From Acidobacteriota bacterium (lineage in GTDB: Bacteria; Acidobacteriota; Thermoanaerobaculia; UBA5066), in assembly GCA_037443065.1 (NCBI GenBank), contig JBBIPB010000004.1:1-47810 (forward strand): DNA of 47,810 nucleotides, in the 5' to 3' direction. The notes under the pieces were generated by a model that ran no database searches, was not told the DNA's origin, and saw only the letters and a program-made list of their open reading frames with translations. The translations under genes and the position numbers were made by a program. Below are positions 8,714 to 17,747 of the stretch, piece by piece; position 1 is the stretch's first letter, and every line of letters starts with the position of its first letter.

Positions 8714-10495
8714 ATGCGTGCCTCCCGCCTTCCGCTCGCTCTCCTCGCCGCCTCTCTCCTCGCGGGAGCAGGATCCCTCGCTGCGCCTCCCGAATCTGCC
8801 GTCGTCACGGCAGCCACCGAGAACCTCTACTCCCGGCCCGACGAGACGAGCCCCGTGGACGACCAGGTCATCCTCGGCGAGCGGCTGACGGTGCTGGAGG
8901 ACGCCGCCGGTTTCGCGAAGGTGCAGACGGCCGCAGGAGGGATCGCGTGGATCCCCGAGCGCGCGCTCCGCCGCGGCGAGCCCGCGGCGCCGCCGACGGG
9001 AAAGGTCGCGCGCGTCACGTCCAACTTCGCGCACATCTACGCGACCCCCTCGTTCACGAAGCAGAAGCCGCTTCTCACGGCGCCGGTCGGGGCCAGGATG
9101 GCATTTTCGGATTTCTTTGAAGATAAGAAAGGCGAGGTCTATCCGTGGGTCCGGGTCCTTCTGCCCGACGGGCGCATCGGTTTCGTCGGGCGGGCGGACG
9201 TCGCCCTCCTACCCATCGAAGAGAATCCCCCTCTTCGTTCTCCATCCTCATGGATCGCCTTCGGCAGACGCTTCCTCGGCGCGACGTACACGTGGGGCGG
9301 AACGACCCCCGCCGGCTTCGACTGCTCGGGCCTGATCCAGCGGATCTTCTCGGAGCACGGCGTGACACTGAAGCGCAACAGCTACGAGCAGGCTTTTCAG
9401 GACCCGCAGCTCGTCCCAGTCTCCTTCGAGGCCATTCGACCCGGTGACCTTCTCTTCTTCGGAACTGAGAACAAGATCGACCACGAAGCGATCTGGATCG
9501 GGGACGGGACGGTCCTCCAGGCCACCCGCCACAACGTGCCGGGCGTGCAGATCACTCCCTTTGACAGCCCGTTCTTGAAACCGGTCTTCCGTTACGCCCG
9601 GAGATTGAAGAGTTCTTCGAATGAGAAAGAAGGGCCGGCGCTGACCGAGGCGAAGGTTCGCGCCCTGCAGCGCACCCTCGACGGCATCGTCGGCGTCAGC
9701 GGAGCGCGCTTCGGAATCGTCTTCAAGGACCTTTCCAGCGGTCTTTCCCTTTCGAAGAATCCTTCTCTCTCCATGCACGCCGCGAGCACGATGAAGACCC
9801 CCGTGATGCTCCAGGTCCTTCGGCGGGTCGACGAGGGATCCCTGAAGCTCACGGACGAGCTGCCAGTGAAGAACGAGTTCCGGTCGGCCGTCGACGGGTC
9901 GGCCTTCTCGATCGGCCTCGACCCGGAGACGGACGGCCCGACGATGGCCTTCCTCGGGAAGAGTGCGCCGCTCGGGTTCCTCGTCAGGGAGATGATCGTC
10001 CGCTCCTCGAACCTCGCGACGAACGTCGTCCTTTCGCATGTCGGCCCCGAGGCGGTCCAGACGTTCACGGACGCGCTGGGGGCCCCCTCCGTGAAGGTCC
10101 GGCGGTGCGTGGAAGACTCGAAGGCCTACGAGAAGGGGCTCAACAACGAGACTGACGCGGCCGGGATGGCCGTGATCATGGAGGCGGCTGTCCGGACGCC
10201 GAGACTGTCGGCCTCTTCGAGAGCGAAGGCGTGGGAGATCCTGACGGGGCAGACCTTCAACGACCAGATTCCGGCCGGGCTGCACCCGCAGTCGGGGGCC
10301 GTCGTCGGACACAAGACGGGGGACATCTCTTCCGTTCAGCACGACGCGGCCGTCGTCCGGCTCCCGGACGGGCGGGAGTACGTGCTGGTCATCCTCGCGA
10401 ACGACTTCGGGGCGAACGACGACGGCCGGAAGCGGGTCAAGGAGGCGTCGCGGAAGATGTCCCGGGCCGTCTGGGAGGCGATGATCACCCCCTGA
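8714..10495 (+). CDS. Secreted SH3(x2)-NlpC/P60 endopeptidase fused to a beta-lactamase-like serine hydrolase
   Basis: Signal peptide; two SH3b-like repeats; YTWGG...GFDCSG...PGDLLFF...DHEAIW (NlpC/P60); then ASTMK, SSN, HKTG. Confidence 0.85.
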   Translation: MRASRLPLALLAASLLAGAGSLAAPPESAVVTAATENLYSRPDETSPVDDQVILGERLTVLEDAAGFAKVQTAAGGIAWIPERALRRGEPAAPPTGKVARVTSNFAHIYATPSFTKQKPLLTAPVGARMAFSDFFEDKKGEVYPWVRVLLPDGRIGFVGRADVALLPIEENPPLRSPSSWIAFGRRFLGATYTWGGTTPAGFDCSGLIQRIFSEHGVTLKRNSYEQAFQDPQLVPVSFEAIRPGDLLFFGTENKIDHEAIWIGDGTVLQATRHNVPGVQITPFDSPFLKPVFRYARRLKSSSNEKEGPALTEAKVRALQRTLDGIVGVSGARFGIVFKDLSSGLSLSKNPSLSMHAASTMKTPVMLQVLRRVDEGSLKLTDELPVKNEFRSAVDGSAFSIGLDPETDGPTMAFLGKSAPLGFLVREMIVRSSNLATNVVLSHVGPEAVQTFTDALGAPSVKVRRCVEDSKAYEKGLNNETDAAGMAVIMEAAVRTPRLSASSRAKAWEILTGQTFNDQIPAGLHPQSGAVVGHKTGDISSVQHDAAVVRLPDGREYVLVILANDFGANDDGRKRVKEASRKMSRAVWEAMITP

Positions 10496-10501
10496 GGGTC
10501 T

Positions 10502-11074
10502 CTACTCGATCGTCGCGCCGCCGCGGGCCTGGTCGATCCGGGAGGAGGCCTCGAGTGCCCAGTTCGCGGGGCCCCGCGACTGCGAGGCGAGCTTTCCCTC
10601 GGGGTTGAAGAACATCGTATCGAGAGGCCGTTTGCAGTTGAGTTTCTTCGTCGTGTCCCCGCCCGCGTCGACGTAGAGGCTCTCGGGAACCGTCGGGACG
10701 AGCTTCTTCTCCCCCAGCCAGCGGTCGAGCGAGACGAAGTCCGTGTCCCGCGCCAGGAGTACCCAGTCCACTCCGTGGTCCGCCTTCAGCGTCTCCTGTG
10801 TTGCGAAGAGCGCCGCGAGCTCCCCGGCCGCCTCCGGAGCGGAGAGGGAGAAAAAGTGGACGACGAGGACCTTCCCGGGACGTCCGACGAGGTTCCGCTC
10901 CGAGCCGTCGCGGCGAACGATCATGAGCCGGCCACCGGCATCGAGGTTCAGGATTCCGTGGTCGTGGTCGGGATGGGTCGCCGGCACGAGAGAGGCGCGC
11001 CACGCGAAGACGAAGAGGAGGGCGGCAGCGGCGAAGCCTCCCCCGAGGGCGAGGCGGCGTTGTGTGGGCGTCAT
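10502..11074 (-). CDS. Membrane-anchored TlpA/thioredoxin-fold protein lacking CxxC
   Basis: N-terminal TM; GKVLVVHFFSLSAPEA aligns by eye to GKVVLLNFWAxWCxxC; FFNPEGK...GPANW C-terminus. Confidence 0.65.
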   Translation of the reverse strand: MTPTQRRLALGGGFAAAALLFVFAWRASLVPATHPDHDHGILNLDAGGRLMIVRRDGSERNLVGRPGKVLVVHFFSLSAPEAAGELAALFATQETLKADHGVDWVLLARDTDFVSLDRWLGEKKLVPTVPESLYVDAGGDTTKKLNCKRPLDTMFFNPEGKLASQSRGPANWALEASSRIDQARGGATIE

Positions 11075-11098
11075 TGCTGCGATTCTACGAGGGGAACG

Positions 11099-12010
11099 TC
11101 AGCGCGGCTCGGCCGGTGGGACGACCGGCTCGCCGACGACCGCTTCCTCCTCGACGCCGAAGGTCTTCGGGACCCCGAAGTCGAACCGGAATCCGGAGGC
11201 GATCCGGAAGAAGAGGATCGCCTTTCCGGAGACGTCCAGGTCGACGCGGCACGGGAACCACGAACCGGGTCCGAGCCGGACGGCGCGATAGACCATCCGC
11301 GCCTCTTTCACGTTCGCCGCAAGGCCGCCGGCGATCTTGAGGTTCTTTACGAGGTGCGCCTCGAGGGAGCGGATCTGGAGGTCGGACGCATCGATGACCA
11401 CCCGCCCCGCCATCGAGGCGAAGGCCCGCTCCATGATGGAGCGGACCGGGAGCCCGGGCCGTGGAAAGAAGTCGAGGACGTAGGCGGGCCGTCCGTCCGC
11501 GACGGTCTCCTCGACGAAGCGAAGCTCGTAGCGGCCGAGAACTTCCGAGAGGCGGCGGTCCTCGAACATCGGGTCGTCGTCGTCCGAGATGTTCGGGGGT
11601 GAGGAGACGCGCCGCGCGGCCCGCTCATCGACCCGCCGGCGATGCTTCGCGTCGTCCTCGGCGGCCTCCCGGATCTCGTCCGCCGTGGGGGGGCGCCCAT
11701 CCACCTCCACGAGATCGCGTGAATCCGGGTGGCCCCCTTCCCCGGCGAGGACGTAATAGAGGCGGCGGTGGATCTCTTTCGGTCGCCCCTCCTTGTCGTA
11801 GGTCGTCCGGACGTCGACGACGTCGTATGTCGAGCCGCTCCACCGCTTCTCCATCGACCGCTGGTTGCGGGTGACGCGGCGGGCGATCTCCTCCGGATCG
11901 ACGAAGGGTGTGTCCGAGGCGGCACCTGTCCCGGCCGCGGCGAGACTCGAAGCGAAAAAGAGAGCCGCCATCGCGAGGAGCTCTTGCCGACGGCGGAAGA
12001 CGTTTCGCAC
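11099..12010 (-). CDS. Hypothetical secreted protein (beta-rich, possibly LolA-like)
   Basis: Signal-like N-terminus; GRPAYVLDFFP...GRVVIDASD segment; TATAGT lies 6 nt upstream of GTG 12010. Confidence 0.6.
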   Translation of the reverse strand: MRNVFRRRQELLAMAALFFASSLAAAGTGAASDTPFVDPEEIARRVTRNQRSMEKRWSGSTYDVVDVRTTYDKEGRPKEIHRRLYYVLAGEGGHPDSRDLVEVDGRPPTADEIREAAEDDAKHRRRVDERAARRVSSPPNISDDDDPMFEDRRLSEVLGRYELRFVEETVADGRPAYVLDFFPRPGLPVRSIMERAFASMAGRVVIDASDLQIRSLEAHLVKNLKIAGGLAANVKEARMVYRAVRLGPGSWFPCRVDLDVSGKAILFFRIASGFRFDFGVPKTFGVEEEAVVGEPVVPPAEPR

Positions 12011-12058
12011 CCGTTCACTATACGGCGCCCCGCGGATACCATGCGGCGGGAGGCGCCG

Positions 12059-12922
12059 ATGCGGATCGTCGTCACGGGAGGAACCGGCTTCGTCGGACGG
12101 GCGCTCGTCGCCCGTCTGCACGCCGAGGGACACGACGTCGTCGTGCCGGGGCGCGGTGACCTCTCGGCCATCGACGGCGCCGCCGCCGTCGTGAACCTCG
12201 CGGGCGAGCCGATCGCCCAGCGCTGGACCAACGAGGCGCGGCGCCGGATCGAGGAGAGCCGCGCGGAGGGGACGAAACGTCTCGTTTCGGCGATCGCCGC
12301 TGCGAAGGCGGGACCTTCCGTCCTCGTCTCCTCCTCGGCCGTCGGCTATTACGGGGCCCGCGGCGATGGGGAGTTGGACGAGGACGCACTACCGGGCGAC
12401 GACTTCCTCGCCCGGCTCTGCGTCCGGTGGGAGGAGGCCGCTTCCGCAGCCGCGGCGTTCGGCGTCCGCGTGGTCCGGATCCGGACCGGTCTCGTCCTCG
12501 CGGCAGATGGTGGCGCGCTCGCGAAGATGCTCCCGGCCTTCCGGGCTTTCGCGGGAGGGCCCGTCGGGACCGGCAGGCAGTGGATGTCGTGGATCGGCCG
12601 GTACGACCTCGTCTCTCTCGTGCTCTTCGCCCTCGGGAACCCCGAGGTCGCAGGGGCCCTGAACGGGACGGCTCCCGCGCCCGTCCGGAACGGCGAGTTC
12701 GCGAGCGCCCTCGGGCTGGCACTGCACCGCCCGGCGGTTGTCCCGGCCCCGGCCGCGGTTCTTCGCCTCGTCTTCGGCGAGATGGCGACGATCCTTCTCG
12801 ACGGCCAGAGAGCCGTTCCGAAGCGGGCTCTCGCGCTCGGCTTCTCGTTCCGCCATCCGGATCTCCCCTCCGCGCTCGCCGCCGCTCTCGGCCGGCGGGG
12901 AGATGGCCCTACTCCGGCGTGA
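12059..12922 (+). CDS. TIGR01777-family NAD-dependent epimerase (YfcH/SDR39U1-like)
   Basis: MRIVVTGGTGFVG, VNLAGEPI...RW, SSSAVGYYG, GRQWMSWI, GQRAVP; GGGAGG Shine-Dalgarno. Confidence 0.92.
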   Translation: MRIVVTGGTGFVGRALVARLHAEGHDVVVPGRGDLSAIDGAAAVVNLAGEPIAQRWTNEARRRIEESRAEGTKRLVSAIAAAKAGPSVLVSSSAVGYYGARGDGELDEDALPGDDFLARLCVRWEEAASAAAAFGVRVVRIRTGLVLAADGGALAKMLPAFRAFAGGPVGTGRQWMSWIGRYDLVSLVLFALGNPEVAGALNGTAPAPVRNGEFASALGLALHRPAVVPAPAAVLRLVFGEMATILLDGQRAVPKRALALGFSFRHPDLPSALAAALGRRGDGPTPA

Positions 12923-15900
12923 CGGGTCCCTGCGACCGGACCAGCCGCAGACCTTGCAGGCCGGCGTCGTCTGCAGGCTGGCGGATCGCAGCCAGCATCT
13001 CCTCGACGCTCATGGACTCCTCCCTCGGGAGGAATCCGACGGACTGGTGGCGCCCCGATCGCTTCGAGAGAAGGAGAGCCCGGTCAGCGAGCCGCAGGAT
13101 GTCTTCGTAGCTCACGGCCTCGGAAGCCTCGGGGAGCCACGGGAAGACCGCCCAGCCGACGGAGCAGGTCCGCCAGAGCTTTCGTCCCTTTCCGAGATCG
13201 AAGGGCTCGCGAGAAATGGCCGAGAGGATCCGCTCCGCCAGGAAGTGCGCCTGGCTCCGGACTCCTTCGCGAACGACGATCAGGAACTCCTCGCCCCCCC
13301 AGCGAATCAGCCAGTCCGCCTTACGGACGACCCGCGAGAGCCGCGCGGCGACTTCGACGAGGAACGCGTCCCCGACGTCGTGCCCGAAGAGGTCGTTGAT
13401 CTCCTTGAAATGGTCGAGGTCGGCCAGGTAGAAGACGATGTCACGCCCCTCCGGCGGTCCGCTCCCGGTCGCCGGATAGAAGGCGCGGAGGACCTGTGCG
13501 ATCTCGCGGCCGATCTCCGCCGAGAAGAAGCGCCGGTTGCGGAGGCCGGTGAGCGGATCCGTGAGGGAGGCTTCCTGAAGCTCACGGTTCATCGCGGCGA
13601 GGGTGGCGCTCCTCTCGGCGACCGCCTTTTCGAGCCGCTGGCGCTCGGCCTCCAGCGCCCGCGTCCGCCACATCGTGATTCCCGCCACGCCGAGGCCGAG
13701 GACGAGCGCGCCCAGGATCCAGGACCAGCTTTCCTCCCACCAGGCCGGGGCCACCGAGACGACGAGCACGGCCGGCGCCTCGCCCGGGACGCCGGATGCC
13801 GTCACGGCCGAGACCTCGAAACGGTAGTGGCCGGACGGAAGGGCCGAGTACCTCACCTGCGCGAGCGTCGTCTCCACCGGAGAATCCTCGAGGCCGGCGA
13901 GCCGGTAGAAGTAGCGGACGCGGCGCGGCTCGATGAAGGTGAGCGCCGCCCAGGACAGGGAGAGGTCCCGCTCGTCCCGGGAGAGGTGTACGGCCGACCC
14001 CGGGTCGAGCGAGCGCCCGCCCGCGGACACGTCGAGGAGGACGACCCGCGGCGGCCATCTCCGCCGGGGGGCTTCCCCCGGCCGGTAACAGACGAGACCG
14101 CGGCTCGTCCCGATCCAGATCGTCCCGTCCGGCTCCGGGAGGAATGCGCCCTGGTTCATGTCGTCCGTCAGCAGCCCGTCCGAGCGGCCGTGGTGGATCG
14201 CCGCTCCCTTCGGCGAGTAGACGTCGATGCCGATCTGGGTCCCGGACCAGATCGCCCCCGCGGCGTCGCGGCCGAGGAAGACCGTCTTCCCGGGAGGCGC
14301 GCCGGCCGGCGAGGCCATCGGAGTCACCGTCAGCTTCTCGCCGTGGACCACGACGCGGTCGACACCGGGAACGTCGCGATGCCCGACCGCGAAGCTCCCG
14401 TCCGGAAGGACGACGAGACCCGACAGGTTGCGGGAGCGAAGGCCGTCCTTCGCGCCGAAGCGCCTCGGGGACGGACCGTTCACGCGATACAACCCGCCTT
14501 CGCCTGCCGCCCAGACGTCTCCCGCCGCATCCTCGGCGAACGCAAAGATCCTCCACCCGGCGGTGATGTCCGGCATGGCGACCGGCAGAAACCGGTCCCG
14601 GCCGCCGGCGGGAAGGCGGAAGACTCCCCGGTCGGTGCCGGCGAGAAGCTCTCCCCCACGCGTCCGGTAGAGCGTGACGACCCGAAGTCCCGACGGTTCG
14701 ATCCCTTCGAACGTGGCATGCGCAAAGACGTTTCGGCCGGGCCCGATCCGCGTGATCCCTCCCGGCCAATGGCCGGCATAGAGCCGGCCGTCCGGGAAGA
14801 CCGCGAGCGCCTGAACAGCGTCTCCGCCAAGCCCGTCCTTCCGGCGGAAGGTCGCGATCGCTCCGTCCCGCGGGTCGATCCGGTTCAATCCCTCTTCCGT
14901 CCCGACCCAGAGCGCGCCGCGGACACCGCCCTTTTCCTCCCGCGCGATGGCCCAGACGAGGTTGTGTGCGAGCCCCTCGTCTTCTCCACCTCCGGTGAAA
15001 GCCCCCTGGCCCAGCCGCCGCGCGAGCCCCTCGCCGGAGAGGCCGATCCAGAGCGAGCCCTCGCGGTCGACCAGGGCGGCGCTGGCCGCCGGACCGGGGA
15101 GCCCTTCCCGCTTTCCGATCACCTTCCATGCGCCGTCCGTCTTCCGCGCGAGGCCGCGGATCGTCGGGACGAGAATCTCGCCGCTGCCGCCGAGCGCGAG
15201 ACGACCGAACGCACTCGACGCGGGGAGCCCGTCGTCGTCCCGGACGAACGACGCCGCTCCGGGCTCGCGCACACAGAGCGTCCGGATCGTGCGGACGAAA
15301 ACGCGCCCCGCGCCGTCTGTCAGGATCCGGTCGATCTGCTCTCCCGCCGGAAGCGGGAGGCTTCCGGAAAGCTCACGCCATCCGTCCTTGTCGGTCACGA
15401 TGAGCGATTGCCCGCGCGCCGTCCAGACGGCTCCGGAGGGATCGACATGGAGGGCCGTGATCCGGCTCTCCGGGCCCCCGTCGGGACGGGGAACCGGCAC
15501 GAACCGCCCGCCTTCTCCTTCGAAGAGACCCTGTCGCGTCCCGACGAGAAGCTTCCCGTCGGGCCCCGTCCCGATCAGCCCCTCGGGAATCTCCGACGCC
15601 GGAAGCCCGGACTCGCTGCCAAGAGCGACAAATCGTCCTCTCTCCCGCCGGGCCAGCCCGACGCTCGTGCCGACGTAGAGCACGCCGTCCGGCGCCTCAT
15701 AGAGGGCCGCGACATGTGTGTCGAGCGCCGCGAGCTCCGTCCCCAGCCTCACGAAGCGGCGGCCGTCGAACCGGTAGAGGCCATTGTCCGTTCCGACCCA
15801 GAGAAAGCCCGTCCGGTCCTGGAGGAGCGCCTCGACGTTCAGGTCCTCGAGTCCGTCGTCCCGTCCGTACGTCGCGAAGACGAGGCGCCCCTCGAAGAGT

Positions 15901-15995
15901 CGGCCGGGCCCAGGCGGGTCGTGGGCGAGAACGCCGCGGGCAGACAGGAGTATCAGCGCCCCCACGGCCAAGGCTCCGCGGACTCCACGGCTCAT
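12909..15995 (-). CDS. Ligand-binding beta-propeller (Reg_prop)/Y_Y_Y sensor diguanylate cyclase
   Basis: Signal peptide, repeated D-x-x-G-x-L/I-W-x-G-T propeller units, Y_Y_Y region, one TM, TDPLTGLRNRR, DLDHFKEIND, RWGGEEF. Confidence 0.92.
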   Translation of the reverse strand: MSRGVRGALAVGALILLSARGVLAHDPPGPGRLFEGRLVFATYGRDDGLEDLNVEALLQDRTGFLWVGTDNGLYRFDGRRFVRLGTELAALDTHVAALYEAPDGVLYVGTSVGLARRERGRFVALGSESGLPASEIPEGLIGTGPDGKLLVGTRQGLFEGEGGRFVPVPRPDGGPESRITALHVDPSGAVWTARGQSLIVTDKDGWRELSGSLPLPAGEQIDRILTDGAGRVFVRTIRTLCVREPGAASFVRDDDGLPASSAFGRLALGGSGEILVPTIRGLARKTDGAWKVIGKREGLPGPAASAALVDREGSLWIGLSGEGLARRLGQGAFTGGGEDEGLAHNLVWAIAREEKGGVRGALWVGTEEGLNRIDPRDGAIATFRRKDGLGGDAVQALAVFPDGRLYAGHWPGGITRIGPGRNVFAHATFEGIEPSGLRVVTLYRTRGGELLAGTDRGVFRLPAGGRDRFLPVAMPDITAGWRIFAFAEDAAGDVWAAGEGGLYRVNGPSPRRFGAKDGLRSRNLSGLVVLPDGSFAVGHRDVPGVDRVVVHGEKLTVTPMASPAGAPPGKTVFLGRDAAGAIWSGTQIGIDVYSPKGAAIHHGRSDGLLTDDMNQGAFLPEPDGTIWIGTSRGLVCYRPGEAPRRRWPPRVVLLDVSAGGRSLDPGSAVHLSRDERDLSLSWAALTFIEPRRVRYFYRLAGLEDSPVETTLAQVRYSALPSGHYRFEVSAVTASGVPGEAPAVLVVSVAPAWWEESWSWILGALVLGLGVAGITMWRTRALEAERQRLEKAVAERSATLAAMNRELQEASLTDPLTGLRNRRFFSAEIGREIAQVLRAFYPATGSGPPEGRDIVFYLADLDHFKEINDLFGHDVGDAFLVEVAARLSRVVRKADWLIRWGGEEFLIVVREGVRSQAHFLAERILSAISREPFDLGKGRKLWRTCSVGWAVFPWLPEASEAVSYEDILRLADRALLLSKRSGRHQSVGFLPREESMSVEEMLAAIRQPADDAGLQGLRLVRSQGPVTPE

Positions 15996-16030
15996 GTGGG
16001 GAGTCTACCGAGTGGCCGTGCCGCGAGACG

Positions 16031-17710
16031 TCAGCCTGCGAGCTTCCGGTACCGGATCCGGTGCGGCATGTCGGCCGCGGCGCCGAGGCGCCGGTGCCGG
16101 TCGGCCTCGTAGTCCTGGTAGTTGCCCTCGTACCAGACGACCTTCGAGTCCCCTTCGAATGCGAGGATGTGCGTGGCGACCCGGTCCAGGAACCACCGGT
16201 CGTGCGAGATGACGACTGCGCAGCCGCCGAAGGCGAGGAGCGCCTCCTCGAGCGCCCGCAGTGTGTCGACGTCGAGGTCGTTGGTCGGCTCGTCGAGGAG
16301 GAGGAGGTTGCCTCCCTTCTTCAACGTCCGGGCGAGATGGAGGCGGTTCATCTCGCCCCCCGAGAGGTCCTTCACGAGCTTCTGCTGGTCCGCCCCCTTG
16401 AAGTTGTACATCGCGCAGAAGGCGCGGCTCGGGATCTCGCGCTTGCCGAGCATCACGAGGTCCTGTCCCCCGGACAGCTCGTCGTGCACCGTCTTCTTTT
16501 CGTCGGGGCGCTCGCGGTTCTGATCGACGTAGCCGGGCACCACGGTCTCTCCGACCTTGAGAGTCCCTCCATCCGGCTTCTCGAGCCCCATGATCATCCG
16601 GAAGAGCGTCGTCTTCCCCGCCCCGTTCGGCCCGATGACGCCGACGATGCCGCCGCGCGGCAGGTCGAAGTTCAGGTCGTCGAAGAGGAGCCGGTCCTCG
16701 TAGCCTTTCCGGACTCTTTCCGCTCGGACGACGATGTCGCCGAGGCGCGGCCCGGGCGGGACGTAGATCTCGTTCGTCTCGCCCCGCGCCTCGACGCCCG
16801 AATCCGAGAGAAGCTGCTCATACGCTTGGAGCCGCGCCTTGCTCTTGGCCTGCCGGGCACGGGGCGCCATCCGGACCCACTCCAGTTCGTGCTTCAGGGT
16901 CCGCTGGCGTGCCGTCTCGGCCTTCTCCTCCTGGGCGAGCCGGGCCTGCTTCTGCTCGAGCCAGGACGAGTAGTTCCCTTTCCACGGGATCCCGGCGCCG
17001 CGGTCCAGCTCGAGAATCCAGCCGGCGACGTTGTCGAGGAAGTACCGGTCGTGCGTGACCGCGACGACCGTTCCGGGGTACTCCTTGAGGTGCTGCTCCA
17101 GCCACGCCACGGACTCGGCGTCGAGATGGTTCGTCGGCTCGTCGAGGAGAAGGAGATCCGGCCGCTGGAGCAGGATCCGGCAGAGGGCGACGCGCCGCTT
17201 CTCGCCACCGGAGATCTTCGTGACGTCTGCGTCCGGAGGCGGACAGCGAAGGGCGTCCAGCGCGGCCTCGAGCGTCCGGTCGAGCTCCCAGCCGTTCGCC
17301 GCCTCGATGGCGTCCTGGACGCGGCCGTACTCGGCCATCACCTTCTCCATCTCGTCGTCCGGAAGGGTCTCCCCCAACTTCTCGGAAAGTTCGTCGAACC
17401 GTTTCAGGAGTGCCTTGACGGGAGCGACGCCTTCCTCGACGTTCTCGAGGACGTTCTTCTTCGGGTCGAGCTGCGGGTCCTGCGAGAGGAAGCCGATCCG
17501 CGTCCCCTCGGCGGGATACGCCTCGCCCGTGAACTCCTTCTCGACGCCGGCCATGATCCGGAGGACCGTCGACTTCCCCGCGCCGTTCAGACCGAGGATC
17601 CCGATCTTGGCGCCGGGGAAGAACGAAAGGTAGATGCCCCGGAGGATCTCCCGCTGGGGCGGGACGACCTTCCGGAGATTCTGCATCGTGAAGATGTATT
17701 GCTGGGCCAT
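16031..17710 (-). CDS. ettA: Energy-dependent translational throttle ABC-F ATPase EttA
   Basis: MAQQYIFTM...[21 protein letters not shown], two ABC domains, ELEWVR...[10 protein letters not shown] linker, RIRYRKL C-terminus. Confidence 0.95.
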   Translation of the reverse strand: MAQQYIFTMQNLRKVVPPQREILRGIYLSFFPGAKIGILGLNGAGKSTVLRIMAGVEKEFTGEAYPAEGTRIGFLSQDPQLDPKKNVLENVEEGVAPVKALLKRFDELSEKLGETLPDDEMEKVMAEYGRVQDAIEAANGWELDRTLEAALDALRCPPPDADVTKISGGEKRRVALCRILLQRPDLLLLDEPTNHLDAESVAWLEQHLKEYPGTVVAVTHDRYFLDNVAGWILELDRGAGIPWKGNYSSWLEQKQARLAQEEKAETARQRTLKHELEWVRMAPRARQAKSKARLQAYEQLLSDSGVEARGETNEIYVPPGPRLGDIVVRAERVRKGYEDRLLFDDLNFDLPRGGIVGVIGPNGAGKTTLFRMIMGLEKPDGGTLKVGETVVPGYVDQNRERPDEKKTVHDELSGGQDLVMLGKREIPSRAFCAMYNFKGADQQKLVKDLSGGEMNRLHLARTLKKGGNLLLLDEPTNDLDVDTLRALEEALLAFGGCAVVISHDRWFLDRVATHILAFEGDSKVVWYEGNYQDYEADRHRRLGAAADMPHRIRYRKLAG

Positions 17711-17747
17711 GGGACGCGGAATGTAGCAGGAGGTAATCTCAGGGACC

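Noticed and set aside
3350-10495. Two class A beta-lactamase-like domains as antibiotic resistance genes
   Set aside because: Both lack the canonical omega-loop ExxLN deacylation motif and sit in a murein-recycling context, so PBP-like hydrolases are more likely.
13900-15900. Periodic repeats in the large sensor gene as a DNA repeat array
   Set aside because: They are degenerate beta-propeller protein repeats, not nucleotide repeats or CRISPR.
12738-16112. 1124-aa + strand ORF, and other long opposite-strand or off-frame ORFs such as 2236..4185, 15716..18130, 24327..26291, 27812..29479 and 32521..35367
   Set aside because: They are shadows of well-supported genes. High GC removes stop codons, and the translations are Arg/Pro/Gly-rich with no motifs.
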